Assembly: GCA_963663815.1 (NCBI GenBank)
Contig: OY760734.1
DNA from: Vicinamibacterales bacterium
Lineage (GTDB): Bacteria > Acidobacteriota > Vicinamibacteria > Vicinamibacterales > UBA8438
Direction: 5' to 3' (one strand)
Length of the DNA stretch: 64,000 nt
Part shown: positions 1 through 8,382 of the stretch, in pieces
How the letters are laid out: every line of letters begins with the position of its first letter
Position numbering within the stretch: position 1 is the first letter of the stretch
The notes under the pieces: model-generated
Told to the model about the DNA's origin: nothing
Databases searched by the model: none
What the model saw: only the letters and a program-made list of their open reading frames with translations
Program-made: the position numbers and the translations under genes

Positions 1-128
1 AGCGGCACGTCGCCGGCAACGTCGAGCGGCCTCCATGGTATAAGGGTTCGGTCGGACGGCCGGCGGTCACCGGTGGAGAACACCGGCCCGAGCGGCGCGG
101 AGGAACCCACACGGGCGGAGGATCGCAC

Positions 129-971
129 ATGCGTATCGCGCGGCGCCGTCTCCCGGCGGGAATCGCCCTGCTGCTCGCCGTCGGCCTGGTGGCCTCGCTC
201 GCGGCCGCGGCCGGCGCACAGCGGTTCTTCGGCGAGGGCAACATGCCCCCCCGCTATCCGCCCCCCTCGATGCCCGACCGCGACTTCGCGTTCTGCAAGC
301 TGATGTACCGCAGCGTCCGCTACGAGGCGCTCGGCATGGGCTGGATCACCGACTACCCGTACGCGGGCATCAACCTGATGTTCCGGTTCTCGGACCTGAC
401 GACGGCCCAGGTGAGCCTCGACCGCCGGGGCGAGCCCAACCACTGGGTGGTGTCGCTCACCGATCGCGAGCTGTTCAACTGCCCGTTCATCATGGCCGCC
501 GACGCCGGCACCATCGGCCTGAGCGGGTCGGAGATCACGCAGCTCCGCAACTATCTGCTGAAGGGCGGGTTCCTGTGGGTCGACGACTTCTGGGGCACCG
601 CCGCGTGGCAGCACTGGCAGTCGGAGATCAGCCGGGTTCTGCCGCCGGCCGAGTACCCCATCCGCGACCTGCCGCTCGACCACCCGGTGTTCCGGTCGCT
701 GATGTACATCGACGAGGTCCCGCAGATCACCGCCATCCAGTTCTGGTGGCGCAGCGGCGGCACGACGTCGGAACGCGGCCGGGACAGCGAAGAGGCCCAC
801 CTGCGGGCCATCACCGACGAGGACGGGCGCATTCTGGTCCTGATGTCGCACAACACCGACGTCGCCGACGCCTGGGAGCGGGAGGGCGAGGACCCGCGGT
901 TCTTCCAGCAGTTCTCGCCCAACGGCTACGCCCTCGGCATCAACGTCCTGCTCTACGCGATGAGCCATTAG
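129..971 (+). CDS. DUF4159 domain-containing protein, probably exported
   Basis: 280-aa ORF with a hydrophobic N-terminus (GIALLLAVGLVASLAAAAGA). Blocks FAFCKLMY, WITDYPYAGINLM, NCPFIMAADAG, LLKGGFLWVDDFWG and GINVLLYAMSH match my recollection of DUF4159. GGAGGA lies a few nt upstream of the ATG. Confidence 0.75.
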   Translation: MRIARRRLPAGIALLLAVGLVASLAAAAGAQRFFGEGNMPPRYPPPSMPDRDFAFCKLMYRSVRYEALGMGWITDYPYAGINLMFRFSDLTTAQVSLDRRGEPNHWVVSLTDRELFNCPFIMAADAGTIGLSGSEITQLRNYLLKGGFLWVDDFWGTAAWQHWQSEISRVLPPAEYPIRDLPLDHPVFRSLMYIDEVPQITAIQFWWRSGGTTSERGRDSEEAHLRAITDEDGRILVLMSHNTDVADAWEREGEDPRFFQQFSPNGYALGINVLLYAMSH

Positions 972-1077
972 CGGCTGTGTTGGAGAAACGTTGCGACGGC
1001 CTCGACAGTCTTCCGTGCATGTGGCGCCCGTTCAGCCGTTGGCCCGCCTCCAGGGCCGTCCACCAGGAGCAAGCACC

Positions 1078-2373
1078 GTGAAACGGAGCAACGCAGCCCC
1101 CCGCCGTCTCGCCGTCGTGATCGTCGCGCTCGGCATGCTGGCCGCCCTCGCGCCCGCGGCGGCGGCCCAGGACTCGGCCGGCGTCCGCATGGTCCCCCCG
1201 GAGGGCGACGGCGCCCGCTACTGGTCGCGCTGGCGTGGACCCTCGGGACAGGGCGTGGTCGAAGGCACGGGATACCCCGACCGGTGGTCGGACACCGAGA
1301 ACGTCCTCTGGAAGGTCCCGGTGCCCGGCCGGGGCCATTCCTCGCCCATCGTGTGGGGCGACCGCATCTTCCTGACCACCTCTCGCGACCGCGGGCGGCG
1401 GGTCTCGATTCTGAGCTACCGCCGGTCCGACGGCATGCTGCTGTGGCAGGCCGACGCCCCGAACGGCCCGGGCGAACGCACCCACGGCAAGAACAGCCCG
1501 GCGTCGGCGACGGTGACCACCGACGGCGAGCGGGTGTACGCCTCGTTCGGCAGCCGCGGGCTGCTCGCCGTCGACTTCGACGGCAACATCGTCTGGCACC
1601 ACGAGCTGAGCCGCATCGACAACTACCACGGCCCCGCCGGGTCGCCGCTGCTCTACCGCGACAGCATCATCATCTATCAGGACCAGAACCGGGGCGCGTT
1701 CGTCATCGCCCTCGACGCGCGCACCGGGGAGACGCGTTGGCGGACCCCACGGGCGGCGCGGGTCGGCTGGGGCACGCCGATCGCCATCAGCGTCGGCGAC
1801 CACGACGAGCTGATCGTCAGCAGCCAGCGGTACGTCCTGTCCTACAATCCCTCGACCGGCGAGGAGCTTTGGCGCTGCGAGGGCATGCTGCGCGAGGTCA
1901 TCCCCACCCCCGCGGTCGGGCACGGGCTCGTCTACTGCGCCTCGGGCCGGGCGGGGCCGACGCTGGCCATCCGGCCCGGCGGACGCGGCGACGTCACCCG
2001 CACCCACGTCGAGTGGAGCATCACCCGCGGCTCGCCGTTCGTGCCGTCGCCGACCGTCTACGGCGACTACCTGTACCAGATCAACGACATGTCGAGCATC
2101 CTCACCAACCTGAACGCGCGGACCGGCGAGACGGTGTGGCAGGAGCGCCTCGGTCGCCCGCGGCGCGAGGGCATCTCGGCGTCGCCGATCGTCGTCGACG
2201 ACAAGCTGTTCGTCACCAACGACGAGGGCCAGACCTTCGTGCTGAAGACGGGCCCGGATTTCGAGATCCTGCACGTCAACGACATCGGGGCCCCCACCCT
2301 CGCCTCGCCGGCCCTGGTCGACGGCATCTGGTACATCCGGACCGCGAACGAGCTGTTCGCCATCGGGTACTGA
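1078..2373 (+). CDS. PQQ-like (BamB-type) beta-propeller repeat protein, secreted
   Basis: Repeated W/G-rich propeller blades (VLWKVPVPGRGHSSPIVWGDRIFLTT, LWRCEG, TVWQERLG, SPALVDGIWYIRT). Start chosen at GTG 1078, downstream of AGGAG and giving a signal peptide (RRLAVVIVALGMLAALAPAAAAQ). The track ORF begins at TTG 991. Confidence 0.75.
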   Translation: MKRSNAAPRRLAVVIVALGMLAALAPAAAAQDSAGVRMVPPEGDGARYWSRWRGPSGQGVVEGTGYPDRWSDTENVLWKVPVPGRGHSSPIVWGDRIFLTTSRDRGRRVSILSYRRSDGMLLWQADAPNGPGERTHGKNSPASATVTTDGERVYASFGSRGLLAVDFDGNIVWHHELSRIDNYHGPAGSPLLYRDSIIIYQDQNRGAFVIALDARTGETRWRTPRAARVGWGTPIAISVGDHDELIVSSQRYVLSYNPSTGEELWRCEGMLREVIPTPAVGHGLVYCASGRAGPTLAIRPGGRGDVTRTHVEWSITRGSPFVPSPTVYGDYLYQINDMSSILTNLNARTGETVWQERLGRPRREGISASPIVVDDKLFVTNDEGQTFVLKTGPDFEILHVNDIGAPTLASPALVDGIWYIRTANELFAIGY

Positions 2374-2417
2374 TACAATCAAGACTGCGATGCGCCGATA
2401 GGCTGCTCTCGGGAACA

Positions 2418-2439
2418 GCTGCCGCTCTTGAGCGGCAGC
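2418..2439 (+). terminator. GC-rich hairpin downstream of the propeller gene (possible terminator)
   Basis: Perfect 10-bp stem GCTGCCGCTC / GAGCGGCAGC with a TT loop, 45 nt after the stop at 2373. No U-tract follows. Confidence 0.3.
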
Positions 2440-2633
2440 CCCGAGTCTCGCGGCGGTCCACCGGCGGGTCGCTTCGGCCCGTGAACGACTCGGCCACGGC
2501 TGTACCCCTCCTTCGGCACGCCTCTACAAGAACGTAGATTCAGGTCGCGGGGCAAGAACAGGGATGTGGATCGCATTGGTCCCGGCGGTCGGATACCGCC
2601 GTCTCTGCAGGCACGCCGCGACGCGTCCTCGCA

Positions 2634-2649
2634 TGGCATCAAATTTGCT
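2634..2649 (+). promoter_or_regulatory. sigma-54 (-24/-12) type promoter candidate
   Basis: TGGCATCAAATTTGCT has the GG and GC dinucleotides at the consensus spacing of TGGCAC-N5-TTGC. It sits in a locally AT-richer patch, about 80 nt upstream of the small ORF at 2729 and 400 nt upstream of the KAS III gene. Confidence 0.35.
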
Positions 2650-2728
2650 TAACGTAACTGCGGAAGCGAGCCGCACTCGCTCCGCCCCCGCGCCACCGGT
2701 TGACCCGACACCCTGGAGACACTCGACG

Positions 2729-2935
2729 ATGACAGCAGCGCGCAGCGACTTCCTCGTGGAAGAGCACGGCCCCCTGACGGCGCCGACGGCCGCCCCGCGG
2801 CTCGACGCCCCGGCTTCCGACGGCGCCTGGAGCGACTATCCGTGGGCCGGGCGGGACGCGGCCGCCACCGCCCAGCGGCTCCAGACCGCAGCCTGGATCG
2901 AGGAGATTCTCGCCGACCTCGACGATCGGCGCTGA
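2729..2935 (+). CDS. hypothetical small acidic protein (68 aa)
   Basis: ATG at 2729 preceded by GGAGA. Third codon positions are almost all G/C, as in neighbouring real genes. No family recognised (MTAARSDFLVEEHGPL...WIEEILADLDDRR). Confidence 0.4.
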   Translation: MTAARSDFLVEEHGPLTAPTAAPRLDAPASDGAWSDYPWAGRDAAATAQRLQTAAWIEEILADLDDRR

Positions 2936-3046
2936 TCGCGTCAAGCATGACCCGCCCGACGGCGCCGGCGTCGGGCTCACGCGGACCCCGCCGGGGGCCC
3001 GCTGCTCCGACGGGACTCCCGGATCGGGCATCGGAGACAGAACGAA

Positions 3047-5005
3047 ATGAAACCGTTTGTCGTCAACTCGCACCGCCGGCTCGTCTTCCCGTCCAACTTC
3101 TTTCCCGAACCGGACTTCTCGTCGATCGACACCGTCGACGACCTCGAGGCCATCGTGCGGCGCGACTTCGAGGTCAAGGCGCCGACCGGCTCGGAGATCG
3201 CGGCGCGGGCGGAATCGGGCGGGTACGCCAACCGTTACGAGCTGCTGCGCGATCTGGGGCTGCACCTGTTCTGGATGAACCGCTACGTCATCACGATGTA
3301 CGAGAAGCGGCCGACCCGGTGGCGCGACGTGCCGAGGCGCCGCGAGGATCTCTTCATCCCGGCCCTGACGCCCTGGGAGGACGGCGAACGCAAGGTCGCG
3401 GCCGTCGAGGCCTGCTACCGCCAGCTGCCCGCGGCGTGGTCGCCCGAGGTCGAGCACGAGCTGTACCGCATGCTGTTCGACGTGTTCCGCCACAAGCGGC
3501 ACCACGCGACCGACCTGCCGGCAATCAAGCCGACGGTCACCGAGGCCGTCGCCACCGGCTCCCAGCTGGTGTACCGGCTCGGATTGTTCGAGCCGGACTA
3601 TCCCCGGTTCAGCCTGGGAGACATCCTCGACTGCCACGAAAGCGTGCCGGAGCTCGAGGCCCTGCGGCGCTGGACGATGACCCTGCACAACCAGTATCCG
3701 TGGGACCGCTCGGACACCCGGCTGACCCCGGTGGGGGCCCTGAAGGGCGACGACGTCGTGATCGTCTACCAGCCCCGCACCACGGACGTGATGGACTTCA
3801 TCCGGCGCGTGAAGAACGGCGCGCCGCGCCGGCCGCGCGTTCCCCCGGCCCTGCCGCCGCGGCACCCGGTCACCCCCCTCGCACCCGTGCAGGTGCGGTC
3901 CCAGTTCGCGGTGCAGCCCCGCATCGAGGCCCTCGCCGTGCGGCGCGGCGAGCTCCTCTGCACCAACGACGACATCATCCGCAACTCGGCGTCCAACTGG
4001 TCGCCGATGAGCGCGGCGCAGATTGCCGCCAAGACCGGCATCGAGAGCCGCTGCTACACCGAGGGCGGCCTCGAGCACCTCGCCCTCGACGCGGCGCTGA
4101 GCGCGCTGGAGCGGGCCGGCCGGTCGCCCGAGGAGATGGGCGCGGTCCTCTTCTGCACCTGCACCAACACCCGGCTGCTGCCCTCGGCCGCCACCTGGCT
4201 GTCCGGACAGCTCGGCATGCTCCAGACCCACACCTCGGTCGACCTCGTCGCGGCGTGCGCCGGCTTTCCCTACGGCCTGGTGGACGCGGCCCGCATCCTG
4301 CAGGAGGTCCGGCGTCCGATCCTGCTGGTCTGCGCCGAGAAGTTCTCCGACAAGGTGGGCAGCGTGCGCACGTCGCGCATGATCTTCGGCGACGGCGCCG
4401 CCGCCCTCGTCGTGGCCCCGGCTGCGGACGGCGCCCCCGGCGACATCGACGTGCTGCAGACCTACGCCAGCGGCCCCGAGAGCCAGGTGAACTCGATCAT
4501 CTGGCCCAACGTCGAGTTCGGCTGCGACATCACCGTCTACGGGCCCGAGGTCAAGGCGCTCGTCAAGCGCTATCTGGAGCAGATGATCGGGGAGCTGCAG
4601 GCCCTGCCCCATCCCGACGGCAAGCCGGGGACCCTCATCGACGCGGTCGACCTGATCATCCCGCACCAGGCCAACAAGCGCATGGTGATCGATCTGGCCG
4701 AGCAGGCGGGCATCGGCCGCGACCGGATGTACTTCAACATCGCCCGGGTCGGCAACACCTCGGCCGCGAGCATTCCGCTGGCGATTCACGACGCGGTCCG
4801 CGAGGGCGTGCTCTCGACGCCGACCCGCGTGTTCACGCCCGGCTTCGGCGCCGGCGCCGTCGCCGGCTACGCGGTCCTGCGCGTCGACCCGGCCGTCGTC
4901 GCGCCGGAGCGGACGGGGCCGCCGGCGGCGGTTGACGCCGGCCCGCTGCCGGCACCTCCCCACACGTCGTCATCGGCCGACGTGGAGGCGGCCTTCGGGA
5001 GCTGA
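3047..5005 (+). CDS. KAS III (FabH/NphT7-like 3-oxoacyl synthase III) with a novel ~300-aa N-terminal domain
   Basis: The C-terminal ~320 aa carry the KAS III triad motifs: DLVAACAGFPYGL (Cys), IIPHQANKRM (His), RVGNTSAASIPLA (Asn). The N-terminal ~300 aa (MKPFVVNSHRRLVFPSNFFPEPDF...) are not recognisable. GGAGA lies 9 nt upstream of the ATG. Confidence 0.85.
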   Translation: MKPFVVNSHRRLVFPSNFFPEPDFSSIDTVDDLEAIVRRDFEVKAPTGSEIAARAESGGYANRYELLRDLGLHLFWMNRYVITMYEKRPTRWRDVPRRREDLFIPALTPWEDGERKVAAVEACYRQLPAAWSPEVEHELYRMLFDVFRHKRHHATDLPAIKPTVTEAVATGSQLVYRLGLFEPDYPRFSLGDILDCHESVPELEALRRWTMTLHNQYPWDRSDTRLTPVGALKGDDVVIVYQPRTTDVMDFIRRVKNGAPRRPRVPPALPPRHPVTPLAPVQVRSQFAVQPRIEALAVRRGELLCTNDDIIRNSASNWSPMSAAQIAAKTGIESRCYTEGGLEHLALDAALSALERAGRSPEEMGAVLFCTCTNTRLLPSAATWLSGQLGMLQTHTSVDLVAACAGFPYGLVDAARILQEVRRPILLVCAEKFSDKVGSVRTSRMIFGDGAAALVVAPAADGAPGDIDVLQTYASGPESQVNSIIWPNVEFGCDITVYGPEVKALVKRYLEQMIGELQALPHPDGKPGTLIDAVDLIIPHQANKRMVIDLAEQAGIGRDRMYFNIARVGNTSAASIPLAIHDAVREGVLSTPTRVFTPGFGAGAVAGYAVLRVDPAVVAPERTGPPAAVDAGPLPAPPHTSSSADVEAAFGS

Positions 5006-5251
5006 CTTCTCGACGTCGCGGCGGCGGACGCCGGCTGTCCCGGCGCCCGCGGGTCCGTGGGCGGCCGTGTTACGCTTCGGGCCGATTCGCCGGGTCGCCG
5101 CCGCAACCGGCGGCAGAGCCCCACGCGGCACCGGGCGTGGCGAGGGAGCGCATCGGGTCAGGCGACGGAGAGCGACGCAGCCCGGGCAAGATACATCGTT
5201 GGCGGAATGCGTCGGGGCCGTCTCACGGTCGGCAGACGTGGAGGAATCAGG

Positions 5252-5992
5252 ATGTTCACAGGGAAGGTCGCCGTCGTCACCGGGGGATGCCGCGGCATCG
5301 GCGCCGCCATCACGCAGTGCCTCGCCGAGGCCGGCGCCCACGTCGCGGCCGGCTACAACCGGGGGGCGGAGACCGCGGAGGCCCTCGCGGCCGGCCTGCG
5401 GGCCGAGGGCCGCTCGATCTCGCTGCACCAGGGCAACGTGGCCGAGCCCGACTCCTGCGCTCGGGTGATCCGGGAGGTGATCGACCAGCAGGGGCGCATC
5501 GACTTCCTGGTCAACAACGCAGGCATCAACGTCGACAAGACGGTGCGCAAGATGACCGTCGACGACTGGCACGCGGTCCTCCGGGTGAACCTCTCCGGCG
5601 CGTTCTACATGATCAAAGCGGTGCTCAACCACATGACCGAGCGCGGCAGCGGCCGCATCGTCAACATCAGCTCGGTCATCGGCCAGAGCGGCAACATCGG
5701 GCAGGCCAACTACGCGGCGTCGAAGTCAGGGCAGTTCGGGTTCACCAAGAGCCTCGCCCTCGAGGTGGCGCGCAAGGGCATCACCGTCAACTGCGTGGCC
5801 CCCGGGTTCATCGAGACCGAGATGGTCGCCTCGGTCCCCAAGCCGGTGATGGAGCAGATCGTCGACCGCATCCCGCTGGGCCGTCTCGGGCAGGCCTCGG
5901 AGGTCGCGCGCTGCGTGCGGTTCCTGCTCGAGGACGAGGCGGGGTACATCACCGGCGCGATCCTCACCGTCAACGGCGGTCTCGAGATGTAG
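5252..5992 (+). CDS. phaB: acetoacetyl-CoA reductase / 3-oxoacyl reductase (SDR family)
   Basis: Start at the internal ATG 5252, preceded by GGAGGA. Motifs: TGGCRGIGAAI, NNAGI, GRIVNISSVIGQSGNIGQANYAASK. Close resemblance to the remembered PhaB sequence (GRIVNISSVNGQKGQFGQTNY). Lies in a PHA gene context. A FabG assignment cannot be excluded. Confidence 0.8.
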   Translation: MFTGKVAVVTGGCRGIGAAITQCLAEAGAHVAAGYNRGAETAEALAAGLRAEGRSISLHQGNVAEPDSCARVIREVIDQQGRIDFLVNNAGINVDKTVRKMTVDDWHAVLRVNLSGAFYMIKAVLNHMTERGSGRIVNISSVIGQSGNIGQANYAASKSGQFGFTKSLALEVARKGITVNCVAPGFIETEMVASVPKPVMEQIVDRIPLGRLGQASEVARCVRFLLEDEAGYITGAILTVNGGLEM

Positions 5993-6009
5993 ACCCGCCG
6001 GCCAAGGGT

Positions 6010-6372
6010 ATGTCCGCCAAGCGATCCGGTCCCGACGTCGGCCTCGGCGAGTTCATCCGCCGCCAGCGCGAGCTGGGACACCTCTCGGTCCGCCAGCTCG
6101 CGGACGTGTGCGGCATCTCGAACGCCTATCTCAGCCAGATCGAGCGCGGCCTGCGGAACCCCAGCAGCTTCGTCCTCAAGGCCCTCGCCGACGGGCTGGA
6201 GATGTCCGCCGAGACGCTGTACGCCCAGGCCGGAATCCTCGACCCGTCGGAGGGCGAGGCGAGCGACGTCGTCGAGGCCATCCGCCGCGACCCCTACCTG
6301 TCGGCCCGCCAGCGCGAGATGCTCGTCGAGATGTACGAGTCGTTCCGCAAGGTGAACGACGCCGCCCGGTGA
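6010..6372 (+). CDS. XRE-family helix-turn-helix transcriptional regulator
   Basis: The HTH segment LSVRQLADVCGISNAYLSQIERGLRNPS is typical of XRE/Cro-like regulators. In-frame ATG at 6010, just after the phaB stop. Confidence 0.8.
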   Translation: MSAKRSGPDVGLGEFIRRQRELGHLSVRQLADVCGISNAYLSQIERGLRNPSSFVLKALADGLEMSAETLYAQAGILDPSEGEASDVVEAIRRDPYLSARQREMLVEMYESFRKVNDAAR

Positions 6373-6427
6373 TTCCCGGCGGATCGAGCTTCGGCGCAAC
6401 CCCCCGCCGACCCGTCGTGAGAAGTGC

Positions 6428-6456
6428 TTGCAAAAGTTACCAGTCCCTGTTACCAT
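6428..6456 (+). promoter_or_regulatory. sigma-70-like promoter candidate for the phasin-like gene and phaC
   Basis: TTGCAA (6428-6433), a 17-nt spacer, then TACCAT (6451-6456). The spacer and -10 region contain a direct repeat GTTACC-N7-GTTACC. Confidence 0.3.
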
Positions 6457-6555
6457 CCTCGGGTCGCTCGACGGGTCGGACCACGGCGGGCGGCGAGGGC
6501 GCCGCGCACGGACGCCGGCTCAGGCTCGCATTCTTCGTTCTCGAGGAGAATCCCC

Positions 6556-7095
6556 ATGATCAACTGGACCAAGCAGACCGACGACATGCTGCAGGCGTGG
6601 ACGGACACCCAGAAGAAGCTGTGGAGCAGCTGGGCCGAGGCGACCGAGCAGCAGGCCAGCCAGACCCAGCTCGCCGAGACCTGGCGGAAGGCCGTCGACA
6701 CCTGGGAGGAGGCGGTCAAGAACGGTCTCGACACGCAGAAGGCGGCCATCCGCAGCCTCGCCGACAGCGCGTCGGCCGTCCCCAGCATCCCCCAGGACCT
6801 GCTGGACTGGGCCGAGCAGACCCAGGCCCTGAGCACCCGCTGGACCGAGGCCCAGAGCGAGCTCTGGGAGAGCTACTTCGGCATGGTCCGCAAGGCGGTG
6901 CCGGTGAAGATGCTGGGCACCATCGACGACGAGAACCAGAAGCTGTTCGCGGCGTGGCAGGAGTCGGTCGAGAAAGTCAGCGCGGCCCAGTCGGCGTGGG
7001 CGCAGATGTGGACCGAGCGCGCGGCCAGCGCGGTGCCGAAGGGGGCTCCCCGCACCACCGCCAGGACGAGGCCCGCTGCGAAGTCCGCCGCGTAG
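6556..7095 (+). CDS. phasin-like / PHA granule-associated protein (Trp-rich helical)
   Basis: ATG at 6556, preceded by GAGGAG. Trp- and acid-rich helical sequence (WTDTQKKLWSSWAEATEQ, WRKAVDTWEEAV, LWESYF, AAWQESVEK) with a basic tail. Sits directly upstream of phaC. The assignment is by context and composition only. Confidence 0.5.
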   Translation: MINWTKQTDDMLQAWTDTQKKLWSSWAEATEQQASQTQLAETWRKAVDTWEEAVKNGLDTQKAAIRSLADSASAVPSIPQDLLDWAEQTQALSTRWTEAQSELWESYFGMVRKAVPVKMLGTIDDENQKLFAAWQESVEKVSAAQSAWAQMWTERAASAVPKGAPRTTARTRPAAKSAA

Positions 7096-7199
7096 CGACT
7101 CGCGGACTCGCTCCGGCGTGACGGCCCGGCGACCGGGCCGTCACGCCCGCTCTCGATGACGAATCCGGCCCGCGCCGGCGTTCGTCCCCGCGGAAGGAG

Positions 7200-8288
7200 A
7201 TGACCGGCATGTCGGTGCAGTCCACCGCCAGCGACGCGAACGCCTGGTCGGCCTGGCAGACCGAGTTCGAGCGCACCATCCAGCGCGTCCGCAACATCGG
7301 CGAGCTCGTGGCCGAGTCCAACGAGCCGGCGGTCGGCCAGAGCCCGCGGCGCGAGGTCTACCGCAAGCACAAGGCGCGCCTGTACCGCTACGAGGGCACG
7401 GCCCGCTACGACACGCCGGTGCTCTTCGTTCCGAACCTCGGCATCAGCCGCCCCACCGTCTTCGACCTCCTGCCCCAGGCCAGCTTCATCGGCTACATGG
7501 TGGAGCAGGGGTTTCCGTTCTACCTGCTCGACTGGGGGGTCTTCGGCCCCGAGGACGACCACCTGACCTTCGCCGACTGCGCCACCCGCATTCTGCCCCG
7601 GATGGGGCGGAAGCTGCTGGCCGACGCGGACGCCGAGGCCTGCTCGGTCGTGGGCTACTGCATGGGGTCGCCGCTCGCGGTCAGCTTTCTCGGCAGCCAC
7701 CCCGAGTTCCCGGTCAAGAACCTCGTCAACCTCGCCGGCCCCATCGACTTCGAGGACGCGGGGCTCTTCGGCTGCTGGCTCGACCCCCGGTACTTCGACG
7801 TCGACAAGCTGGTCGACACCCTGGGGCAGATGCCGGCCGAGATGGTGCAGCTCGGCTTCAAGCTGCTCCGCCCCACCATGGACATGAGCACCGGCCTGAA
7901 CCTGTGGTGGAACGCCTGGAACGACCGCTATCTCGAAGGCTACAAGGCGCTCCAGAAGTGGGCCTCCGAGTACGTGCCGTTTCCCGGCGAGTTCTTCCGG
8001 CAGTGGGTCACCGACTTCTACCAGGAGAATCGACTGGCCCGGGGCACCCTTCAGCTCAACGGCCGGGCGGTCGACGTGGAGAGCATCACCTGTCCCCTCC
8101 TCGTGGTCGGGGCCCGGGACGACAACATCGCCCCGCCGGCGGGCGTCAGGGCGCTCGTCGACCTCGTCGGGAGCCGAGACAAGGACTACATGGAGCTGCC
8201 CGGCGGCCACATCTCGCTGATCGCCGGCCGGAGCGCATCGCGCGACTGCTGGCCGCACGTGGCGAGCTGGCTCGCGGCGCGATCGTAG
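7200..8288 (+). CDS. phaC: poly(R)-hydroxyalkanoate synthase, class III, PhaC subunit
   Basis: ~360 aa with lipase box GYCMGS. FRQWVTDFYQEN, ITCPLLVV and PGGHISLIAG match the remembered Allochromatium class III PhaC (FRQFIKDFYQNN, ITCPVL, PGGHIG). The start may be ATG 7209, which has better spacing from AAGGAG. Confidence 0.9.
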   Translation: MTGMSVQSTASDANAWSAWQTEFERTIQRVRNIGELVAESNEPAVGQSPRREVYRKHKARLYRYEGTARYDTPVLFVPNLGISRPTVFDLLPQASFIGYMVEQGFPFYLLDWGVFGPEDDHLTFADCATRILPRMGRKLLADADAEACSVVGYCMGSPLAVSFLGSHPEFPVKNLVNLAGPIDFEDAGLFGCWLDPRYFDVDKLVDTLGQMPAEMVQLGFKLLRPTMDMSTGLNLWWNAWNDRYLEGYKALQKWASEYVPFPGEFFRQWVTDFYQENRLARGTLQLNGRAVDVESITCPLLVVGARDDNIAPPAGVRALVDLVGSRDKDYMELPGGHISLIAGRSASRDCWPHVASWLAARS

Positions 8289-8382
8289 GAACCCGCGCGG
8301 CGAACGGCGCGGTTTCGCGGCAGGCTCGGTCGGTTGGAGAGAGGAGCCCGGAGGCGACGGCCTTCCGGCCAGGGAGTTTCAG

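Noticed and set aside
73-303. 76-aa ORF overlapping the start of the DUF4159 gene
   Set aside because: It is out of frame with a well-supported gene and has an Arg/Ser/Pro-rich translation. It is spurious.
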